From Epithemia pelagica (taxonomy: Eukaryota; Protista; Bacillariophyta), in NCBI GenBank assembly GCA_946965045.2, contig OX337231.1, positions 2,542,001 through 2,606,000 of the forward strand: 64,000 nucleotides of DNA. Reading direction: 5' to 3'. Below, in pieces: positions 55,483 through 64,000 of the stretch (the first letter of the stretch is position 1; each line of letters begins with the position of its first letter). The position numbers were made by a program, and so were the translations under genes. Below the pieces are notes generated by a model, which saw nothing but the letters and a program-made list of their open reading frames with translations, was not told the origin of the DNA and searched no databases.

Positions 55483-55840
55483 GGAAGTGGTCCTGTCTAT
55501 CTATGAATTCTCAGCAAAGTTTGTTGGACGTTTGCCCTCCTTCGCACAAAGCCAGTGACACTCACAACCGCAGGAACATTGTCCTCATAAAGAAAAGAGA
55601 GACACGATGTCGTCCTCATCGTGGACGACTCCCAGCGTCAACTCATCCCCACCGCACTCGCATTGGTACGCGCGTCGACCCGGTATGCGCGAAGCGCCAA
55701 GAAACGAGATTTTTTGGTGAATATACCCCACCTCGGACCCAGGTGCAAGTCCTTTTCGATCCGAAGGATCCAAAAAAGATACCTTACCCTTACCCCTTTC
55801 GGACTCTCCACACCCGCCATTGCAGATATTCCTTGAGATC

Positions 55841-56539
55841 ATGTCACAACCAAACAAACAACCGCAGGAGCCTTCTCCCCCCAGTATTCGACTAGTCTTT
55901 GCCATGCCTCAAGTGGACGTCCAAGAGGGCAAGAACGGCATTGAGACTGTCTACCTCGCCGAGTACGACAAGGGAGTGGAAGTTACCGTGGAGTTTGCCG
56001 ACGAAGACCGGCCCGGTTGGTGCGGCTTGTGCGATTGCTTGTACGATTGCCTTCGTCGACCCTTGTTTGGTCGTCGCAAAGACATTGAAACCTTTTTTGT
56101 TCTCCTTCCAAAACAACAACAAGAACAACAACAACAAGACACCCAGAACCAACCAGAACGTGTCCATTTTCCAGGAACTGCATCGGGTCCCTCACAAACA
56201 TATCAAACCACCAATCCGCAACATGTCACCGAAACTGTGCCTCTCTCTGCATTTGAACGCTACACATCCAACAACAACAACACTGCAGAAACCGACGACG
56301 ACACTGACGACGACGACCGGCCCATTGTCATTTATGTCAATACTTGGAACCACTTGTTTGGACATCGAAACAACAATCCTTCCATGAAACTGCTGTATTT
56401 ATCATCCCCCAACGATTATACACTACGCATGGGGATGGGACGATCTCAAGTCGATCAACAATACAAGGGATGCATCACTAGCGTCCAGAATCCCATGCCT
56501 CCCGATATTCAAAGTCAGCTCGGTGCTCGAACGCAATGA
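55841..56539 (+). CDS. Hypothetical protein (~232 aa) inside the kinase array
   Basis: Intact ORF with ordered-looking blocks (EVTVEFADEDRP, RRPLFGRRKDIE, IYVNTWNHL). Confidence 0.65.
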   Translation: MSQPNKQPQEPSPPSIRLVFAMPQVDVQEGKNGIETVYLAEYDKGVEVTVEFADEDRPGWCGLCDCLYDCLRRPLFGRRKDIETFFVLLPKQQQEQQQQDTQNQPERVHFPGTASGPSQTYQTTNPQHVTETVPLSAFERYTSNNNNTAETDDDTDDDDRPIVIYVNTWNHLFGHRNNNPSMKLLYLSSPNDYTLRMGMGRSQVDQQYKGCITSVQNPMPPDIQSQLGARTQ

Positions 56540-56814
56540 CCTACCATGGCACAAGATAACACGTTCCTGTAACTTTCTATTCATTAGCAGAGTGCAGTGA
56601 AAACAATGCATTTTGAGCTTTTTCGTACTTGGGGTTAACCGGCAAAATTTTAAAAGTCCCATGGAACAAAATAGTGTAGCGCGTACATCCAGAACGCTTT
56701 TTTTGTATCCCAGTTTGGACACTCCGGAGTGACGTACGTCGGTGTCTGCTACATGGCATGCAAGAGGGGATCAAGGTTCAAGAGGTCATTCATACCCAAT
56801 AGCCTGGATCCCTC

Positions 56815-58615
56815 TCATGGGTCGATCCCCCATTCACGGAGCTTGCCCGGGAGAAGAGATTCAATCTGTTTCTTGAAAAACAGTTCCACTTCTCGTGCCG
56901 TGGCTCGTTTCTTGGGATCCTGTTTATGACACATGTGCATGGCCTCCACTGCCAAACCAACCAACCAATCATACAAACAAAAAGTGTTGAGTCCCCAACA
57001 GCACTTGTCCGCGTCATGTGGACTAGAGCACTCAAAACAATAATGTCTCTCCACTTACCGAGAAGCAACACCATGGGGTCGGTGCTGTCGGAAATAGCCT
57101 TGGGCAGCGAAGGTCGCTTTCCATGTTTCACCAAGGAACCCGCTTCTTCATCGTCATCCATGGAATCAAACGGCCAAACACGGGCCAACAGCATGTAAAA
57201 AATGTTTCCAAGCGAGTAAATATCAACCTAGTTATGCAGAGAGAAAAGACCCCAACAGACAAGTGAAAAACATGAGAATCCAGCCCGTACAAGAGGACTG
57301 CAGGACGGACTGTTTTCCGTGCGTCGGGACGTACCTTTTCCGTCTCGGGTTTGTAGGCGTACTCCTCTGGTGCCCGATTCTTGCCCGGATTGCTGCCAAC
57401 TTCAAAGGTGCACACCTTTTGTTTCTGGGCATTCCACCGCAGAAAACGGGCACGATTAAAGTCATTGAGCTTGACGCGGCCATTCGCCACCATGACGAAT
57501 TGAGACGGTCCCACGTCCGTGTGCGCAATCGAGGAACGTCCCTCCCGGTCAAAGTTGTGCAGTGCCGAAAGGCCCATGGTGGCCTGAACGGCTGGAACGA
57601 CCGACAAAATACATTTTTTGATGAGAGGACCACGAATATCAAAAGTAGAATGCCAGAGGACAAACTTACCATATCTCACGTAGTCCGTGGATACTGTGCT
57701 TTTGCTGTGGTGGTGATGTGACCCCCCGCTTCCTGAAAAAATAGCATCTTCAATGGACCCCTTGGAGGCAAACTCGGAAATTCCTGAAGACCCACAGAAG
57801 CCATAAATGTCGAGAATCCAAGGGGACGCCGTCAAGTGCTCCATGACCAATGCGTCACGACGATTGCGATCCATGTTACGAGCCGTAAACTCATGTTCCG
57901 CTCGTTGGGTCTTGAGAATTATAGTTTCCACATGCTTATCATCACCGCCATTGGAATGATCTTCCACTTTCCAAACATCTCGCCAATAGCCATTGTTGAT
58001 GAGAGCGACCGGGGTGGCTAGAGTATTCTTGTCGGACGTACCAACCCTCATACCAACTTCATGAAACGTATTGCACGTCGGTATCGAAGTCAGTTGCCAA
58101 GGATATTGCGCTTTGCAATCCTTGGTTTCAAATTTGTCGGGTGCATGTTTGTCGTAATCATGTGAATTGGCGAGTTTTCGTTGCATGTGAATACTAGTCA
58201 TTGGTTCGACACTTCTGTGGTTTGACGTGTCAGAGTCATGGATCATCTCTCTATCGTTCAACGCTCTTGTATGATCGACTGTGATATTTTCGATGGGAGA
58301 ATTTGACAGCAGCTGAATCTTCCTTGGAAATATCTGTTCCTTTCGTTTCAAGTGAAAGGATTTGTGGCTTGTAAAGGCCTCTAAAAATCGACTGGTGTTG
58401 GTGGATGAGGAAAAATATTGGTAGTGCACGAGCAGAAGAGCCGTGACAAATCCACACACGGCAAAAGAAGCGAACAGAATGGACTTTTGACGACGTGCTG
58501 ATTGTGCAGCAATCTTTGTGGTTTTCTCATCACTGCCTCCATCCAAAGTCTTGTTGTCGTCGTTGAGGAAAGAGGACGAGGTTGTTCGCGTTGTTGTCCG
58601 TCGATTGCTGATCAT
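56815..58615 (-). CDS. Type-II membrane atypical protein kinase K2; exons 58615-57670, 57591-57335, 57227-57059, 56948-56815
   Basis: Same motifs as K1 (HTDVGPSQF, NDFN, RAPEEY). All splices are GT-AG and in frame. Confidence 0.87.
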
Positions 58616-59239
58616 GGTTCCCCTCAAGAGCAAGTTGCTTTCTTTCTATATGAATCCTCCTGGTCTGCGTGTGCCCCTTTGACACATTCTTTGGTCATAG
58701 AGATTAGAGATGGCTCTTGACTTCCTTTCGCAAGGATTTCAACAGAATTGCCAACATTGAGCAAGCGAGCAACGATTCGAAGAGCATGAACAATCCGTTG
58801 ACGAAAAGCGTGAGCATGAGAAAGATGCCATGCGCGCTCGAGACCGATTTTGACGTTAGGTATTGTAGGCGGGCGTTACAGGCTTAATTCTTCTGTTCCC
58901 AAAGATCAACTTAGATTTTATGTTGTATCGCGCTCACAATTATTTGCACCCATCGCGCAAAAAACAAACTATCGAAAAAGGCCATGGATGACAGATTCAC
59001 TCTTTAGTATGTTCACTGTAGCTTTTACTTTTCCTATCGGCAACTGGCAAACTGAGTTTGAGTGCGCTTTGCACGAATAAACAACCAAGATTCGTAATGC
59101 GACAACTTTGGAGCTGGATATAATGTCGTCGTTGTGTTTGCTTCCATAGCTTTCTTGATAAAGTGTAGCAAAGGTGGAAACGAGGCATACGAATACGTGC
59201 TAGCCGACAAGGAGCGTGTACAGGAACGACCACGTAGCT

Positions 59240-61007
59240 CTACAGAACTCCCCATTCCTCGAGTTTCCCTGGAGAAAGCTGTTTGATTCTTTCCTTGAGA
59301 AAATTCTCCACCCCCCGTGCCGATGCCCGTTTTTTCGGATCCTGTACATGACACATACGCATTGCCTCCACTATCAACATCACCAAGTAAGCAATCAAAG
59401 AAACACACTCAATGAGAACATCAGCCACAGAAGAACTCCATGATATAATGTAACAAACTTACGTAGAGTCATGATACTTGGGTCTGTGCTTTTCGCAATT
59501 TGGTGGGGCATCGTAGGTCGTTTCCCCTGTGTGATTATTTCTCTCGCCTGATTCGATTCAAGTGGATCAAATGGCCAAAAACGGACCAAAAGCAAGTAGA
59601 AGATATTTCCAAGCAAGTAAACATCAACCTATGGTAGACAAAGGAAGGGTGACACAAATAATGAGTAAAACGATCAAATAGTTCTCGGTGGATTCCTGTT
59701 GATCTCGACACGTACCTTTTCGTCCTCTGGCAAATGTAAATACTCTTCAGGTGAACCACGGGTTTCCCAGATATAGTCCATTTTGAAAGGACAAACTTCT
59801 TGCGTTTCTGGGTTCCAACGGAGGAAATGACAAAGATTAAAGTCGTTCAGCTTCATTCTCCCATCTTCTACCCGACGAACTGTTCGGGCCCGATGTCTCT
59901 GTGAACGAGGGAGGCCCGTCCCTCCCTGTCAATATTGTGGAGTGCAGAAACTGCGAGTGTGGCTTGGATGGCTGGAAATGACACAATCAACTATCATGTG
60001 GGACAAACGTGTAACGGAACGAACCAACGAATTGTTAAAAAACAAACTCACCGTATCTCATGAATTCAGGGACCGGTGGGAGAGGCAAATAGTTGTCACG
60101 TTTCAACCCTTCATGACCATTGATAATGTTTTCAAGCGAACCCTTGGGGGCATACTCATATATTCCCGAGGATCCACAGTAGCTATAAATGTCCAAAATC
60201 CAAGGTGACACTGTCAAGTGCTCCATGGCCATAGAGTCCATGCGATTACGCTCCAAGTAGCTCCCCGTTAACAAATATTGAGCTCGGTGCGTCTTGAGGA
60301 CAACACATTCCAAATCTTTTCCATGGTTGGCTGGTGAATTGACTTGCACACTCCAGACATCACGCCAATCTCCATGGGTAATTAGACTCACAGAGGCGCT
60401 TCCAGTGTTGAGTGTCGACGAACTTATGCGCATGCCAATCTCATGCACCGCATTGCACGTTGGCTTCGAATCCATCTGCCATGCGTATTGGGCTTTACAA
60501 TCATCCGTTTCAAATTCATCGACTCCTTTGTCCGAGTAATCACTGGAATCTTCAAGCACTTCTGTGTCGTTGAAACTTGTTAATGGTTCAACGTTTCTGT
60601 GATTTCGTCCCTTGCGGAAATAAATGGGTTGGGTAAACATTGACAGATCAGGCAAGAAGGTCAATCTCTTCGCTTCAGATGTCTCTTCCTGTGGTGAATC
60701 CTCCGATAGTTGAACAACCAATGGAAACATGTTGTTGCTGGATTGTGGTACATCATTGAGAGCACGCCGTGATCCAAGTTGTGAAATTTGGCTTTTCCAC
60801 ACAGAAAATAAGCAGAAGTACGACATACAGCTTAACGTCGAAATGCCCAGGACTTTTAAAAAACTCGATTTCAGGCGCCGTACATCGTCTGAGGTAATCT
60901 TGGCAAATTTCTCATCCTCGCCATCGATGACTTCCACATCAGAATTGTTCCCATCAAATTCCAATTTCGATGGCCGTGATGAGTGGCGATTTTTAATTTT
61001 TAAGCAT
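59240..61007 (-). pseudogene. Kinase paralogue K3 with two apparent 1-bp frameshifts; exons 61007-60052, 59971-59716, 59628-59463, 59370-59240
   Basis: ATG CTT AAA AAT TAA stops at once unless one A is removed. Exon 2 is 256 nt versus 257 in K2/K4 and reads HRDIGPEQFVG* before shifting to MKLNDFN. Confidence 0.75.
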
Positions 61008-61528
61008 GGTCGATCAATCGATTTCAGCTGCTCACTCAACAATACTTAGGTACCTCTCTGTAGAGAATCTTTGCGTTTTTGTCATCCTATTCTTTTTTTT
61101 TTTGCAAAAAATGAGGGCCTCTCTACTAGTAGCGAGGGTGCGTTACGCACTCCTAAGTACAGCTAACAGCTGACTAATTATTGAGAACGCGTGTCGCGTG
61201 TTTCTCTCATTCTCATTGCATTCGAATAAATCGACCGAGAGAATGCGCGCCGGTAAGAAACTGTCCGGCGTCCGGCGCCCCTATTTCGCGCTCGCCGACC
61301 CTTACAATACTGCTTACTCCCACATTTTCCTGTTTTCCAGCCCAGTCCATGGCCGCATTCTTTACTTCTACGTCTCAAAAACATGTGTAGAAGGTATAAC
61401 CCGAGTAAACAGGAGAAATAGCGACTCTGGCATCACAACCAGGTCATGAACTAGATTTGCTTGAAGGAATCTCTGTTGTCACCGTCTCGACTCTGCCATT
61501 TCATAGATTCCTTGGACATCGCCGCCCC

Positions 61529-63590
61529 CTACAACGTCCTCGACATCATGGGGTCGTCACTGTCGTGGATCCCCCATTCACGGAGCATGCCAGGAAGAAG
61601 AGAGTCAATCTTTTTCTTGAGAAACTGTTCGACTTGCCGTGCACTTGCTCGTTTCTTGGGATCCTGTTCATGACACATTCGCATTGCCTCCACTGCACAA
61701 CAAGACACAACATTTTTGAGAGAGAAATACAAGGGAGAGACTGAGCCGATCCGACGAGACGCGCGAATAAAATCATTTCAAACGAACAATTGTCGGCCAC
61801 AACGACAGCAACTTACGCAAAGTCAGCACCCTCGGATCTGTACTCTTGACAATTTCCCTACGTAGGACAGGTCGCTTTCCTTGCTTGACCATATTGGCTA
61901 CCTTTTTTTCGTCGTCAATGTCGTCAAAGGGCCACAGCCGTGTCAAGAGCATGTAAAAGATATTTCCAAGCGAGTAAACATCAATCTGTCGAATAATAAC
62001 AAAGACCATGAATCATATCAGAAACAATCTAGTACGCCAACAAGAAAAAACAGTTGTGTGGCAACGCACCTTTTCCGTCTCGGGTTTGTAGGCGTATTCC
62101 TCAGGTGATCGATTCCTTCCTGGATTTTTGCCCACACGGAACGAACAAACCGTTTTGGTTTCGGCATCCCAAGGAAGAAACCGAGCCCGATTAAAGTCAT
62201 TGAGCTTGACTCGGCCATTCTTGACCATGACGAATTGAGATGGGGTAATGTCGGCGTGTACAATGGAGGCACGTCCCTCCTTGTCAACGTTATGTACGGC
62301 AGAAAGCCCGACCGTGGCCTGTATGGCTGGAAAAATGGAACAAGAAACCAAAGATACTGTGAGATCGATATTGTTTCATTGTGTTGGTTGGTAGGTCAAC
62401 AAGTAAAAGAAAATGATCGTACCATATCTCAGGTATTCCGTGGGAATTGTGATATTATCACCACCATGAACAGATAACTGTTCGTCGTCTTCGAAAATGG
62501 CATCATGAATGGATCCATTGGAGGCATACTCTGAAATACTAGAGGATCCACAAAAGCCATAAATGTCAAGAATCCATGGTGACTTGGTCAAGTGTTCCAT
62601 GGCCATGGCGTCACGGCGATTCCGATCCATGTTACGAATAGAAAACTCATGTTCCGCTCGTTGGGTTTTGAGGACCACAGTCTCCACTTGTTCGGGTTGT
62701 GAATTGTTGCTGCTGCGTGTAATCGCTTCCATGATCCAGACATCTCGCCAATATCCATTGTTGACGAGATCCACCGAGCCACCTAGACTCAACAGAGGAA
62801 ACGAAGAATCAAGCCGCATGCCAACTTCATGCACTGTGTTACATGTCGGTTTGGAATCCATTTGCCAAGAATACTGTGCTTTACAATGCTCTGTTTCAAG
62901 TACATCACGTGCTCTCGTTCTGTAGTCATTGGAACCATCCAACATCTCTTGGCGTTTTCGGGATATCATGGGCTCCACCTTCCTTGGGATTAATATTGGG
63001 CGGAAGACCGCCTGGTTGGGGTCGTTTTTCAAGTCATCTTCTTCGATGAAAAATGTCACTCGATGATCCACGTGCAATTCTTGACGACCAAGACTGTTTT
63101 CCAATAGTTGAAAAACCCTTGGATGTACCCGGTCCTTTTGTCTGAAAAAGAATGTGTTGCGTATGGACTCACCGGCTTGAAGAAGCAACCTTGGATGAGC
63201 AAATTCCTTGTTACTGCTGGACCAGGGCGTTAAACAGTAACACAAGAGCAGAATTACATTCAAGGTACCCAATAAAAGGACAACTTTGATAAAGATAGAT
63301 TTCTCCTGACGTGCATGTTGTGCAGCAATCTTGACCTGTTTCTCATCCTGGAGAGAAACAGACTCTACATCATTGTTGGTTTCAAAAGACGATGGTCGCG
63401 ACGAACGGCGATTGTTGAGCATCTTCTCGACAATGAGAATTAGTGTCTTTTCTGAGCTCTGTGTTGCGCCTCGAAGAGAGTCTTTTCGGACCTGCCCTTT
63501 TGTAGTGTCTCTGTGGCCGTAGCCTTGGCGATTCCGTATTATGTTTGCATCTGTGTTCTTGTTTGGATGGTGGCACGCATTCCGTATCAT
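61529..63590 (-). CDS. Type-II membrane atypical protein kinase K4; exons 63590(or 63422)-62423, 62326-62070, 61985-61817, 61692-61529
   Basis: Same motifs (HADITPSQF, NDFN, RSPEEY). Exons 2 and 3 are the same length as in K2 (257 and 169 nt). Confidence 0.87.
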
Positions 63591-64000
63591 GGGATCGTCG
63601 ACTCGACCGATCTATGGAACAATGTTTTTGTTGAACACATGCCAAAAATTGAGTCGTTCACACGACACCATCTCCCCCGGAAGTCCCCAGTTCGCGCGCT
63701 GTGACATTGTCCGGCGCGATCGCAAGCATAGCCCGCCTGTCGCCACATTTTGATTGATCGATGACGTTGATGCGCTTGGAATCAGAGTCTGACGCCGCCG
63801 CTCCCTAGCTCAAGGCAGTCTTCTTTTTCCTTCTTCTCAATGATCTCAATGGTACTGGTCTAATTTGCAATTCACATAAAATGATGAACTCTTCGACGTG
63901 CGTTTCCCTCTTCTTCGCTGCAACTGTCCTTTTGATTACTGCGCCACATGCCAGTGCATGGTCGTTTGGTCCGACAAGTGATGATTCCGTGAGAACGATG

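Overview
Gene-dense eukaryotic nuclear DNA, most likely from a diatom. This is inferred from short GT-AG introns, ASAFAP-type bipartite plastid presequences and diatom-style gene content; the species cannot be fixed from sequence alone. The window opens in the 3' half of a tyrosine-recombinase (DIRS-order, PAT-like) retrotransposon that ends in split direct repeats (1-3301). A run of single-copy genes follows: ascorbate peroxidase, Nup93, a putative double TrmY-like SPOUT protein, EndoU, DUF1350, a SAS-4/CENPJ-like gene head-to-head with ASPM, GUF1/LepA, SSB, two NF-YC paralogues, calreticulin, RPL23 and ABCE1. Two small non-autonomous DNA transposons lie in intergenic DNA: a Stowaway/mariner type with perfect 30-bp TIRs at 29651-30211, and a MITE with a 10-bp TSD at 35872-36181. 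The right end is accessory-like. It holds a Crinkler-type NTPase + restriction-endonuclease-fold gene broken by one in-frame stop, and a tandem array of four type-II-membrane atypical protein kinases (one frameshifted) resembling secretory-pathway kinases. All family assignments are by-eye motif recognition and exon models were built by hand; no database search was run.
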